A stretch of 64,000 nucleotides of DNA from an uncultured Spirochaetota bacterium (GTDB lineage: Bacteria > Spirochaetota > Brevinematia > Brevinematales > JAOACQ01): NCBI GenBank assembly GCA_963835575.1, contig CAWIGG010000004.1, forward strand, positions 704,001-768,000, written 5' to 3'. The notes under the pieces were generated by a model that ran no database searches, was not told the origin of the DNA, and was given only the letters and a program-made list of their open reading frames with translations. Made by a program: the position numbers and the translations under genes. This document shows, one piece after another, positions 1 through 9,197 of the stretch (its first letter is position 1; every line of letters begins with the position of its first letter).

Positions 1-1117
1 ATCCCCACCAGCATTCATAATTCGGCTTTCCTTTTTCAATCAGAGGGAAATTTTTAACAATATACCAGTCTTTATACCGTGATGAAGCCCCGTTTTTTTC
101 TAAATCTTTAAAAGCGAAGAACTGAGTTCCGGTATGGTTGAATACTCCGTCCAGAATTAAATTCATATAATTCTCTTCAAGGGCTTTTATCAGCTTGTGA
201 AAGACTTCCAGTGTGCCGAAATGCGGGTCAATTTTTTTATAATCGGCTGTATCGTATTTATGCGGCGACGGCGCTTCAAAGATTGGATTCAGATAGAGAG
301 CATTGATATGGAGTTTTTTCAGATAATCAATTTTTTGAATGATGCCGTCAAGATCGCCTCCATAGTATGAGTCCGAAGATGGCAGATTATCAGGCGAAAG
401 GGCATTTTCCGGATCTGTTTTTTTATTCCCGTTAAAAAACCTGTCGGGAAATATCTGATAAAACAGGGATTTTTTTACCCATTCCGGGCTTTGCAAAGGC
501 GGGATACTGCGGTGTTTGTATTCAAAGCTGGCCACTTCCCATTCCGATTCCACGACACCGTTAGTGCCGAAATACATAGAGCCGCCGGTTTTTTTTTCAA
601 GTTCAAAATAATAAAGGCAATTGTCAATTGAAAAGGCGTTTTGAAATTTAAAAATATAATGAGAATAAACCTGATTATTGTAAATGAGAAAACCGGGAAC
701 GGCCTGCGGGACGTCATGGATCAAAATGATCAATTGAACTTGAGAATATTTCGTTTTATTGACAGAAGCCTTGATATAAACGGTATCGCTTGTAAATATA
801 TCGATATCCTGCAGGCTGTGATAGGCGTCATTTTTCATCTGCGCCTGGCCGACGATTAGATAGGAATAGGAATGCCGGTCTTTTTTGATGAGTATCGGAT
901 TATACGGGTCTAAATGGGATTTGGAGCCGTCAACAAGAAAGTGATAAGCGTATTCACCTGAGGGCAGTTCCGTATAAGTTTTCCAGATATTGCCGTCGCC
1001 GGATTTTTCAAGCGGGATCTTATTCTTCTGCCAGCCGGTAAAATCGCCGACGACTTCAACGCTTTCGGTCTGGTAATGAGCGTTAAACCGGAGTAAAATC
1101 TGGTATTTTTCTTCCAT
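1..1117 (-). CDS. GH13 alpha-amylase family (cyclomaltodextrinase/neopullulanase-like) with N-terminal CBM48-like domain; runs off the window start
   Basis: Manual translation from ATG 1117 (RBS GGAG) is open to the edge. Motifs: VEVVGDFTGW, PEWVKKSLFYQIFPDRF, YYGGDLDGII, LYLNPIF, HKYDTADY, LDGVFNHTG. Not in the ORF track because it has no stop in the window. Confidence 0.9.
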   Translation of the reverse strand, partial: MEEKYQILLRFNAHYQTESVEVVGDFTGWQKNKIPLEKSGDGNIWKTYTELPSGEYAYHFLVDGSKSHLDPYNPILIKKDRHSYSYLIVGQAQMKNDAYHSLQDIDIFTSDTVYIKASVNKTKYSQVQLIILIHDVPQAVPGFLIYNNQVYSHYIFKFQNAFSIDNCLYYFELEKKTGGSMYFGTNGVVESEWEVASFEYKHRSIPPLQSPEWVKKSLFYQIFPDRFFNGNKKTDPENALSPDNLPSSDSYYGGDLDGIIQKIDYLKKLHINALYLNPIFEAPSPHKYDTADYKKIDPHFGTLEVFHKLIKALEENYMNLILDGVFNHTGTQFFAFKDLEKNGASSRYKDWYIVKNFPLIEKGKPNYECWWG

Positions 1118-1375
1118 GAAAAAAAACTCCATTTAGATAAGGGTTAATTATACAAAAAAGATAAAAGAATGGCAAATTTGAAGAGGTTCTGATAAAGCCG
1201 GTATGATTACTTAATGCTTTTGGTAATATTACCGGTATTATCAAGCAAATTATCCAGATCGAATTGATTACTAAATACTGGCAAACTAATGAGGACTGAA
1301 TTAAAATATTATTTGATATTTTGAATGGAAAATATTTTAAAATAACCTGGCTTGATTGCGATTACGGGAGGTTAT

Positions 1376-1930
1376 ATGAACCGTCTCAAATTAATTATTT
1401 TGGCTTTATTTCTTGTTTTGACCTCAGCGGAACTTCAATTTTCTTCAACAAATGATTTTAAAATAATAACAGGAGATAATTTTAAATTCGGCATTAATGA
1501 GCCTTCGAATTGGACATGTTTTACAGAAGACGCCTATAAATACAAACTGAACGCTTATTTTTGTCTGAGAAACTATAAATATAAGTCCACGCCGGTTATT
1601 ATGTACATTACTATCCATGGAAAATATAATCACAGCATAAATGAACTCTTGAAAAGAGATATGGAAGGCTTCAAGAAGTCATATGATGATATCAAATTCA
1701 TCGATTTTAATATTGGGACGATTCAGTACAATTATGCCTCAAAAATATATTTGATGAATGATAAAGACACGGATTTTCTGTTTTATATTGATCCCGGTGA
1801 AAAGCTGAATTTATTTACACTCCTGGTTCTGAGCGGGCCGAAAAAAAAGTGCGAGCAATATACAAATGATTTTGTTAATCTGATAAAATCATTTGTATGG
1901 TATAATGATGATTCTGGAACAAATGATTGA
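1376..1930 (+). CDS. Hypothetical exported protein
   Basis: ATG 1376 after GGAGG; signal-peptide-like N-terminus (MNRLKLIILALFLVLTSA); no recognisable domain. Confidence 0.65.
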   Translation: MNRLKLIILALFLVLTSAELQFSSTNDFKIITGDNFKFGINEPSNWTCFTEDAYKYKLNAYFCLRNYKYKSTPVIMYITIHGKYNHSINELLKRDMEGFKKSYDDIKFIDFNIGTIQYNYASKIYLMNDKDTDFLFYIDPGEKLNLFTLLVLSGPKKKCEQYTNDFVNLIKSFVWYNDDSGTND

Positions 1931-1965
1931 TGATAAAAAATAATTATTAAAGAAGTAAACTATTT

Positions 1966-2571
1966 ATGGAAAGGATTAAAAGAAAAGATTTATCTACAGC
2001 CGCAAATAAATTCGCCCTGTCGATGGGTAATGACCCTCTTCATGTCTATTTTTTTCCGGATGCGGGCACAAGGAAAAAGAAAATAAAAGCCCTTTATTCA
2101 TTTATTTTAAAAAGCCGGTTCAATTCGGTTTATACGACATCATCGAGCCTGGAAGGAATAGCTGTCTGGGAAAACCCGCAGCATAATAATTTTAGAGAAA
2201 TTTTTAATGTTTCGATCATCGATGGGATAAATATGGTTTTTACAATTGGATTAAAAACTATCATTAAGATGATGCGATATGAATTTTGGGCGGTCAAACA
2301 AAGAAAAGAAATAATGACTGGGCCATACTGGTATCTATTTGTCATAATTGTTGATCCGGCGTTTCAAGGCAAAGGCTTTGCAAGCTGTCTTATGCGGCCG
2401 GTTTTAGAGGAAGCGGATAAAAACAATGAAAAATGCTTCCTTGAAACACAGAACATTAAAAATGTACCGATATACGAGAAATTCGGATTCAGGATCATTA
2501 GAGAAAAAAAGATGCTTCATACGGAACTGGCACATTATTGCATGATGAGACAAGAACAAGAAAATATATAA
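1966..2571 (+). CDS. GNAT family N-acetyltransferase
   Basis: WYLFVIIVDPAFQGKGFAS acetyl-CoA motif; LETQNIKNVPIYEKFGF. Confidence 0.9.
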   Translation: MERIKRKDLSTAANKFALSMGNDPLHVYFFPDAGTRKKKIKALYSFILKSRFNSVYTTSSSLEGIAVWENPQHNNFREIFNVSIIDGINMVFTIGLKTIIKMMRYEFWAVKQRKEIMTGPYWYLFVIIVDPAFQGKGFASCLMRPVLEEADKNNEKCFLETQNIKNVPIYEKFGFRIIREKKMLHTELAHYCMMRQEQENI

Positions 2572-2586
2572 ACAAAGGAACGTTTT

Positions 2587-3561
2587 ATGAGTAATATTTT
2601 AAAAACACTCTTTAACCGGAAAGTCGGCCTTGTCCTCGGAAGCGGCGGCGCGAAGGGGATAGCGCACATAGCCGTCATTGAATATCTGAACAGCCTTGAG
2701 ATACCCATCGATATGATTTGCGGTTCCAGCATCGGCGCGCTCATTGGGGCATTATATTGCGTCGGTTCCATGGATAATTTTAAAAGGGACCTTCTGGCCA
2801 TACCCGTATCCCGGTATTCTGAATTTTTTGATCCCATCCTGCCGGTTTCCGGGCTTCTCAGTGCAGAAAAAATCATGAATTTCCTGAAGAATTATATCCC
2901 TGAGAATATGAATATAGAAAAACTGCGGATCCCATTCCGGATCGTATCGACGGATTATTACATAGGCTATCCTGTGATTTTCGACTCGGGGAATATTTTA
3001 GAGGCCGTCCGCTCGAGCATTTCTATACCCGGCATCTTTAAACCCGTACGCTTTAATGATACAATATTGGTTGACGGGGGTGTCGCCAATCCTCTTCCTA
3101 TAGATGTTGTGAATGAAATGGGAGCGGGGATAACAATTGCCGTCAATCTGCACCCATCCGTAAAAAGGAAAGAAGTCAAGGAGAAAAATAAAGAGATAAT
3201 AAAGGATGATGAAAACAGGAAAAAAAACAGGATTGATCTATTTATTGATAAAGCGAAATCAATAGCTTCTTTCAAAACGAATGATTGGCTGAAACTATTT
3301 ATGAATGCCCTGGGTAATATTAAAAACGAGGAAAAGCTGCCCAATATTTTTGATATAATATCACAATCCATTGATATAATGGGTTACACGAACACGAAGC
3401 AGATGCTTCAATACAATCCGCCGACAGTTCTGATTGAACCTGCCCTTCTTCATCTTAATTCTCTGGAATTTAACCGTGCGGACGAGGCCTTAAAAGAAGG
3501 CCAGAAAGCCTGCGACGGCGTTAAATCGAAGCTTCTCCAGAGGGTCAAAATGCGGCTCTAA
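2587..3561 (+). CDS. Patatin-like phospholipase (RssA/NTE family)
   Basis: GSGGAKG, GSSIG nucleophile and DGG motifs. Confidence 0.92.
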   Translation: MSNILKTLFNRKVGLVLGSGGAKGIAHIAVIEYLNSLEIPIDMICGSSIGALIGALYCVGSMDNFKRDLLAIPVSRYSEFFDPILPVSGLLSAEKIMNFLKNYIPENMNIEKLRIPFRIVSTDYYIGYPVIFDSGNILEAVRSSISIPGIFKPVRFNDTILVDGGVANPLPIDVVNEMGAGITIAVNLHPSVKRKEVKEKNKEIIKDDENRKKNRIDLFIDKAKSIASFKTNDWLKLFMNALGNIKNEEKLPNIFDIISQSIDIMGYTNTKQMLQYNPPTVLIEPALLHLNSLEFNRADEALKEGQKACDGVKSKLLQRVKMRL

Positions 3562-3753
3562 ACCGGATAAGCCAGAAACCGCCTTCTTGATTTAATTCTT
3601 TATTTTCCTTATCATATTTCATTGAAATTATCTTTAATCACCGCAAAGGCGCAGAGTTCGCAGAGATTAATATTTTATTTGCTGTTGTTGCAGTGTAGCT
3701 GTTGATTACAGAAATGAATATATTGAATATTAAAATAAGTGGAGATGATTATT

Positions 3754-6381
3754 ATGAAGTCTTCTGAGATACGGAAAGCCTTTCTTGATTTTTTTAAAAG
3801 CAAAGGCCATACGATAGTCAAAAGCGCGCCGCTTGTGCCGGACAATGACCCGACGCTGCTATTTACAAATGCCGGGATGAACCAGTTCAAGGATATATTC
3901 CTCGGCACCGGCAAAAGGGATTATGTCCGCGCCGCTGATACTCAAAAGTGCATGCGCGTTTCAGGCAAGCATAATGACCTGGAAGACGTCGGCAAGGATA
4001 CCTATCATCATACCTTTTTCGAGATGCTGGGAAACTGGTCTTTCGGCGATTATTATAAAAAAGAAGCCATCTCCTGGGCATGGGAACTCCTGACCAAGGT
4101 CTGGAAGCTTCCCAGGGACAAGCTTTTCGCGACGGTGCATCATACCGATGATGAAGCCTTCGGTATATGGAGCGATGTTACAGACATAGCAAAAGACCAC
4201 ATCCTTAAATTCGGGGATAAAGACAATTTCTGGGAAATGGGCGCGACAGGACCATGCGGCCCATGTTCTGAGATACATATCGACAGGGGTGAAGCGGCCT
4301 GCGATAAAAAGCATATCAAGGGGCATAAGTGCTCTGTGAATGCCGGCTGCGCGCGGTATATCGAACTCTGGAACCTGGTTTTTATCCAGTATAACCGCAA
4401 TGAAGATACCACTCTTGAAGGGCTGCCCAATAAGCATGTGGATACCGGAATGGGTTATGAAAGGATCGTTTCGGTAGTCCAGGAAAAGTTGTCCAATTAT
4501 GAAACCGATCTGTTTATGCCTCTGATCAAAAAAGTGGAGGAAATGAGCGGCCGGAAATATGAAGAAAAAACAGGAATGCCCATGCGCGTCATCGCGGACC
4601 ACATCCGCGCATTGACATTTTCAATGGCTGATGGGGTTATGCCCTCCAATGAGGGACGCGGCTATGTGGTCCGTAAAATCCTCCGCAGGGCAATACGCTA
4701 CGGCAAGAAGCTCAATTTTACGGAACCGTTTTTAAACCAGCTTGTCGATACGGTCGTGTCCGTAATGGGGGACGCCTTTCCCGAACTTAAGGACCGGGCC
4801 AAGATGGTCAAATCGCTGATTTATTCTGAGGAAGAATCTTTTTTAAAAACGGTAAACAGGGGACTGGATAAATTGAACGAGATGGTGGAAGCGGCCAAAA
4901 AAAGTAAAACCGCAAGCATCAGCGGGGATGAGCTTTTTATACTTTACGACTCGCTCGGCCTGCCGCTGGATTTTATCCAGCATGTGGCGGAAGACGAGGC
5001 CCTGGCGCTGGATATGAAAGGCTTTGAGGCATTGATGGAAAAGCAGAAGGAAAGGGCGCGGGCAAGCTGGAAGGGCGAGGCTTTTGATTTCAAGATTATC
5101 GCCGGCGTTGCCAAGCCCACTGAATACACAGGCGAGGAAAATTATGAGGATAAAGGCACAATACAGCTGATCGTCAAAGGAAACACGCTTGTCGAGACTG
5201 CGTCGGAGAATGATGATATCGTTTTGATTTCCGATAAAACTCCCTTCTATCCCGAAAAGGGCGGCCAGGTGGGCGATGCCGGCGTGGCGGAAAAGGGCGA
5301 GGGGCGGATTGTGATACGGAACACAAAGGTTTTTGAAAATACAATCCTTCATTACGGCCAGGTATTGAACGGCGCTTTCAAATCCGGCGATAAAATCCTG
5401 CTCCGTGTGGATAAAGAAAAAAAAGAAGCGACTGCCCGGAACCATACCGCGACGCATATCATCCACAAGGCTTTAAGGAATGTTATAGGCGAGCATGCGG
5501 CGCAGGCCGGTTCACTGGTCGGCCCGGAAAGGCTCCGTTTTGACTTTACGCATTCCAAGGCATTGACAAAAGAAGAAATAGAAAAAATTGAGAATGAAGC
5601 GAACAGGATCGTCGTGCAGAATCTTCCCGTTGTTTTAAAAAAGATGACAAAAGACGAGGCCGTTAAAAGCGGCGCCGTTGCGATTTTTGAGGAAAAATAC
5701 GGCGATATTGTACGGGTTGTCGAAGTGAGCGGCTATTCGAAGGAACTCTGCGGCGGAACGCATGTCAATAGGAGCGGCGATATCGGGCTGATCAAGATCG
5801 CGGCCGAGAACTCCATTTCGGCCGGGACGAGAAGGCTCGAGGCCGTTACTGGATTGAATTCACTGGAGATGTTCAGAAACTATTATTATAAGGTCAAGGA
5901 AGCCGCCTCTTTTTTAAACACGGATGAGTCCAAGCTGATGGAAAGGCTGGAACAGACAAACGAATCTCTGAAGCAGAAAGATAAAAAAATCGATGAGCTG
6001 AAAGCGAAGCTGGCAAAATCCGGCCTGGATGAGCTGATAAAAAAGGCCGAAAAAATCGGCGGCGCTTCCGTCATCATCGCGAAAACGGATATGGACGCCA
6101 ACGCCATGCTTGCCGCGGGCGATGAATTCAAGGCGAAAGACATCGGCGTGATGTTCCTGATTTCTTCTGCCGCGAAAGACAAAGTAGCGATCACGGCCTG
6201 TGTTTCAAAATCCTATATAGGCAAAATAAAAGCGGGCGACATAGCGCGTGAAACGGCCAAAATAGTCGGCGGCGGCGGCGGCGGAAGGCCGGACCTGGCG
6301 CAGGCCGGCGGCAAGGATGCTTCTAAAATAGATGAGGCATTAAAGACGGCAAAAGAGATGATTGAAAAGGCGTTGAAATAA
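3754..6381 (+). CDS. alaS: Alanine--tRNA ligase
   Basis: DPTLLFTNAGMNQFK, HHTFFEMLGNWSFGDY, HTATH editing motif, ELCGGTHV, C-terminal GGGGGR. Confidence 0.99.
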   Translation: MKSSEIRKAFLDFFKSKGHTIVKSAPLVPDNDPTLLFTNAGMNQFKDIFLGTGKRDYVRAADTQKCMRVSGKHNDLEDVGKDTYHHTFFEMLGNWSFGDYYKKEAISWAWELLTKVWKLPRDKLFATVHHTDDEAFGIWSDVTDIAKDHILKFGDKDNFWEMGATGPCGPCSEIHIDRGEAACDKKHIKGHKCSVNAGCARYIELWNLVFIQYNRNEDTTLEGLPNKHVDTGMGYERIVSVVQEKLSNYETDLFMPLIKKVEEMSGRKYEEKTGMPMRVIADHIRALTFSMADGVMPSNEGRGYVVRKILRRAIRYGKKLNFTEPFLNQLVDTVVSVMGDAFPELKDRAKMVKSLIYSEEESFLKTVNRGLDKLNEMVEAAKKSKTASISGDELFILYDSLGLPLDFIQHVAEDEALALDMKGFEALMEKQKERARASWKGEAFDFKIIAGVAKPTEYTGEENYEDKGTIQLIVKGNTLVETASENDDIVLISDKTPFYPEKGGQVGDAGVAEKGEGRIVIRNTKVFENTILHYGQVLNGAFKSGDKILLRVDKEKKEATARNHTATHIIHKALRNVIGEHAAQAGSLVGPERLRFDFTHSKALTKEEIEKIENEANRIVVQNLPVVLKKMTKDEAVKSGAVAIFEEKYGDIVRVVEVSGYSKELCGGTHVNRSGDIGLIKIAAENSISAGTRRLEAVTGLNSLEMFRNYYYKVKEAASFLNTDESKLMERLEQTNESLKQKDKKIDELKAKLAKSGLDELIKKAEKIGGASVIIAKTDMDANAMLAAGDEFKAKDIGVMFLISSAAKDKVAITACVSKSYIGKIKAGDIARETAKIVGGGGGGRPDLAQAGGKDASKIDEALKTAKEMIEKALK

Positions 6382-6383
6382 AA

Positions 6384-6866
6384 CAGGAAGACGGGAAGGC
6401 ACGAAGAACGGGAAAACGACCGGGGATTAACCACGGAAAACACGGAAATGCATGGAAAGGAACCACAGATTTCACAGATTACACAGATTGATTGCCGGCT
6501 ACGCCTGTATAACAAAGAATATGGTAAAAACACCCTTTATAATTTTATTAAAACTTATATTTTGACCCCAATTGAGCAGGATTGGCAGGATTGATCGGGA
6601 TTTTTAGGATTTAGTTTTATAAAAGCCGCTTTTTGATTTTGCTCGTTGCATGACTTAGACGGAGAGGGTTGGCGGGGAAGGGTTTGGGGTGGTTATTTAA
6701 TTTTCAATTCTTTGTTATTAGCAACTTACCTTATCAAAATAGCTTTCCTGTAATGACTAAACACAAAGGGCACGAAGATCACTAAGAACCACCAAGGGTT
6801 GCCCGCGAATTCACGCGAATAAACGCGAATGGGAAAATTAACAAGAAGATGGGAAGGCGGGAAGAG
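6384..6866 (+). repeat. Cluster of short 9-10 nt periodic tandem repeats (several sequence families)
   Basis: CCACAGATT-TCACAGATT-ACACAGATT; CACGGAAAA-CACGGAAAT-GCATGGAAA; GCAGGATT-GGCAGGATT-GATCGGGATT; CACGAAGAT-CACTAAGAA-CCACCAAG; CGCGAATTCA-CGCGAATAAA-CGCGAAT. Confidence 0.85.
6497..6615 (-). repeat. ~120-bp degenerate repeat, left copy (inverted relative to 10695-10817 and 10531-10619)
   Basis: Reverse complement aligns with 10695-10817: ACTAAATCCTA.AAATCC...CAATTGGGGTC...ATAAG.TTTAAT.AAAT...AAGGG...AGGCGTAGCC. Confidence 0.85.
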
Positions 6867-6930
6867 TAATAAAATGGACTGATGTTGGGAGAATACCATC
6901 TTTGTTCAGATCAATATCTGCATTATTAAC

Positions 6931-7641
6931 TTATAATTTCATACTCCATTTATAATTAGATAGATTTTCGTTGTCATTTGGTTTTCTAAATACAAATAAA
7001 TGTTCATGCATTATTAAATAAAAACCATAATGTATAGCTTTATTTTCCCATCTTTTTGAATGAACACAATTATGCTGTGCTTTTATTATTTCTTCTTTTA
7101 GAATGAACCCAGATTTTAGAAATCTATCGAGTACATAATATGATATTGGAATATAATGCTGTGATTTACGAGTATCTCCAATTAAAACAGAACAATATTT
7201 ATTTGGCTTCAATACTCTAAACAATTCTTTGGCCACCACTTCTATTTCATCACAAAATTTCTTTAAATTTGAAATTGATGATAAATCATATTTATTTTTT
7301 CCATCAGAATACTTTACTATATTTAAATATGGTGGGTGAACAATTATTAAGTCTATAGAATTATCTTTACATTCAATAATATTACGTGCATCTCCAAGAA
7401 TAACTTTTTGATGTGTTTTTGTTTCAAAATTAAAGTTTAATGCTTCATTTGAAATATCAACAGCTTTTTTATTAATATCAATTCCAATTGCATTTCTGTG
7501 AAGTAATTTTGCCTCAATTAAAGTGGTTCCAGAACCAACCATTGGGTCGAGAATTAATTCATTTTCTTTTGAATATTTTAAAATTAAGTTTCTGGCAATT
7601 TGAGGTGCAAAATTACCCCTGTATTTTGGATTATGATTCAA
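6931..7641 (-). CDS. Amino-DNA methyltransferase (N4-C/N6-A, motif I before motif IV); possibly 5'-truncated
   Basis: YRGNFAPQIARN, ILDPMVGSGTT (SAM binding), IVHPPY (catalytic). TTG start with no clear RBS and an in-frame TAA three codons upstream. Confidence 0.8.
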   Translation of the reverse strand: MNHNPKYRGNFAPQIARNLILKYSKENELILDPMVGSGTTLIEAKLLHRNAIGIDINKKAVDISNEALNFNFETKTHQKVILGDARNIIECKDNSIDLIIVHPPYLNIVKYSDGKNKYDLSSISNLKKFCDEIEVVAKELFRVLKPNKYCSVLIGDTRKSQHYIPISYYVLDRFLKSGFILKEEIIKAQHNCVHSKRWENKAIHYGFYLIMHEHLFVFRKPNDNENLSNYKWSMKL

Positions 7642-7670
7642 AAATATTTACAATGACTATTTTAAAAGAA

Positions 7671-7892
7671 TTATTTTATATATTCATTAAATAAGATTTC
7701 ATCTGTATAAAATAGCCCAATTAATATCAATACATCTTTTAATATGTTTTCATCTAAACCAATATTTATTAAATATTCTCTGTTAATTGTGCATTGAGAA
7801 GAACCTGCATTTATTGCTATAGAATATGCTTTAAATTTATCAATTCCCATTTTTTTCAATTTTTTAATTAATAAACATCTTTCATCTTTCAA
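7671..7892 (-). CDS. Hypothetical protein
   Basis: 73-aa ORF overlapping the stop of the upstream gene in an apparent operon. Confidence 0.5.
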   Translation of the reverse strand: MKDERCLLIKKLKKMGIDKFKAYSIAINAGSSQCTINREYLINIGLDENILKDVLILIGLFYTDEILFNEYIK

Positions 7893-8233
7893 AATAATTT
7901 CCTTTTGTTAAATTCTTCAATGGCATTTTTTAAAGAACCACAAGATAATTTTGCAAGTTCTTCTTTTGACATATTAACTAAATTTTCATGAGATTTTTCA
8001 ATCAAAAACTTATAAAAATAATCATCAGTATTTATTGTTTGAAAAGATTTATCTTCATTAGAAATATCAAAACTAGTAGTATTATAATTTTCATAACTCA
8101 AAACAACATCTTCATTCTTATACAATGCTTTTGCTTGTTGAATAGCTTCTTCTGCAGTATTAGTTTCTATATCTAATATTTTTATTAGTTTTTCTTCTAT
8201 TTCTATTTTATATTTTTGCATAAAATTCCCCAT
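7889..8233 (-). CDS. DpnD/PcfM family protein
   Basis: N-terminus KYKIEIEEKLIKILDIETNTAEEAIQQAKALYKNEDVVLSYENY resembles the DpnD/PcfM pattern. Confidence 0.7.
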   Translation of the reverse strand: MGNFMQKYKIEIEEKLIKILDIETNTAEEAIQQAKALYKNEDVVLSYENYNTTSFDISNEDKSFQTINTDDYFYKFLIEKSHENLVNMSKEELAKLSCGSLKNAIEEFNKRKLF

Positions 8234-8263
8234 TTATTATTTTAGAATAAAAACAATGTTTTT

Positions 8264-9001
8264 TTATAATACAACTTCAACGGTCTCTAATTCAAGTAAT
8301 CTTTCATATTGTTTTATCAATGATTCATATTCTAAAAAATTCACACGAGGTTTAATTTCTTTAAAAACGGAATTAGACAACTTTGTTTCGTATTCATTTC
8401 TTCTTCTTTTATCAGCAACAATCAAAAAACGAACAAAGAAATCTTGTAATTCTGAAAATTTTATAAGAGAATTCTGAATATCAGTGGAATGTTCAATTTC
8501 AAAAAAGGAATTTGGCATCTCTCTTTTATTAAACCAAATTACATCAATAGTCGAACTTTTATCAGTAATTCTTTTATATGAAAAAGAAGGAATATCATTT
8601 AAAGTTCTTAATTCTCCAATAGGTGTTTCAATAAACAATTTGTTTTTATCCTGATTTGGTGCAAATGTATTATATCCTTTCATTTTACCCATTGTTAAGA
8701 TAATACCTTGATAATAAGAATGTGTGAATTCCTGTACTTTTTCAGAATCTTGTTTTCCTTCATTTTCCTCATAAATACCTTTACTTTCAAGATTCTTACG
8801 AAATTTAACCAATCCATATAATCCCGGTTTTATTTTGTAAATTTCTTTTCTTGTTTGAACAATTCGTCTTATACTTGCAAAAGGTGTTTTTGTCCCCCAA
8901 TTGCAATCACTAATTTTCATTGTTTCAATATTTATTTGATTGAGTGTAGCGATGCCATTTAATTTCTCAAGTGCTTCAATAACCGCTTCATGTTGCTTCA
9001 T
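8264..9001 (-). CDS. Putative restriction endonuclease: N-terminal winged-HTH plus PD-(D/E)XK-like domain
   Basis: WGTKTPFASIRRIVQ...KIKPGLYGL (HARE-HTH-like); IDVIWF...FFEIEHSTDI catalytic-like motif; R-M gene neighbourhood. Confidence 0.65.
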   Translation of the reverse strand: MKQHEAVIEALEKLNGIATLNQINIETMKISDCNWGTKTPFASIRRIVQTRKEIYKIKPGLYGLVKFRKNLESKGIYEENEGKQDSEKVQEFTHSYYQGIILTMGKMKGYNTFAPNQDKNKLFIETPIGELRTLNDIPSFSYKRITDKSSTIDVIWFNKREMPNSFFEIEHSTDIQNSLIKFSELQDFFVRFLIVADKRRRNEYETKLSNSVFKEIKPRVNFLEYESLIKQYERLLELETVEVVL

Positions 9002-9092
9002 AATTATACCCTGTAAATTCATTTAACATTTGTGTCTTTCCACCAACCCATTTAAGAAATGGTTTTTCGATTATATTTTCTTTACTTAACAT
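8988..9092 (-). pseudogene. 34-codon N-terminal remnant of a Dam/DpnM-type adenine methyltransferase
   Basis: AGGAG RBS, then MLSKENIIEKPFLKWVGGKTQMLNEF..., the KPFLKWxGGK motif X of D12-class MTases, followed by an early TGA. Confidence 0.8.
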
Positions 9093-9197
9093 TTATTACT
9101 CCTGTGGACAATAATGATCTTTTACTATACTATTATTATAACAATAATATTTGTTTTTACCAAAAATATTTACTTTTCCTTTTAGTCAATGAATGAA

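Noticed and set aside
589..597. A9 tract in the GH13 gene as a phase-variation switch
   Set aside because: The gene is in frame, and A-runs are common in Lys codons throughout this AT-rich sequence
3961..5466. Long antisense ORFs (also within uvrA, nrdD and the transposases)
   Set aside because: Shadow ORFs opposite well-supported genes, with no recognisable motifs
6268..6285. GGC trinucleotide repeat
   Set aside because: Encodes the normal poly-Gly motif of the AlaS C-terminal domain
6213..6533. Minus-strand ORF with ICVICEICG, resembling a zinc finger
   Set aside because: It is the antisense translation of the CACAGATT repeats and overlaps the end of alaS
6384..6866. Possible CRISPR array
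   Set aside because: Units are 9-10 nt and tandem, with no 25-45 nt unique spacers and no cas genes in the window
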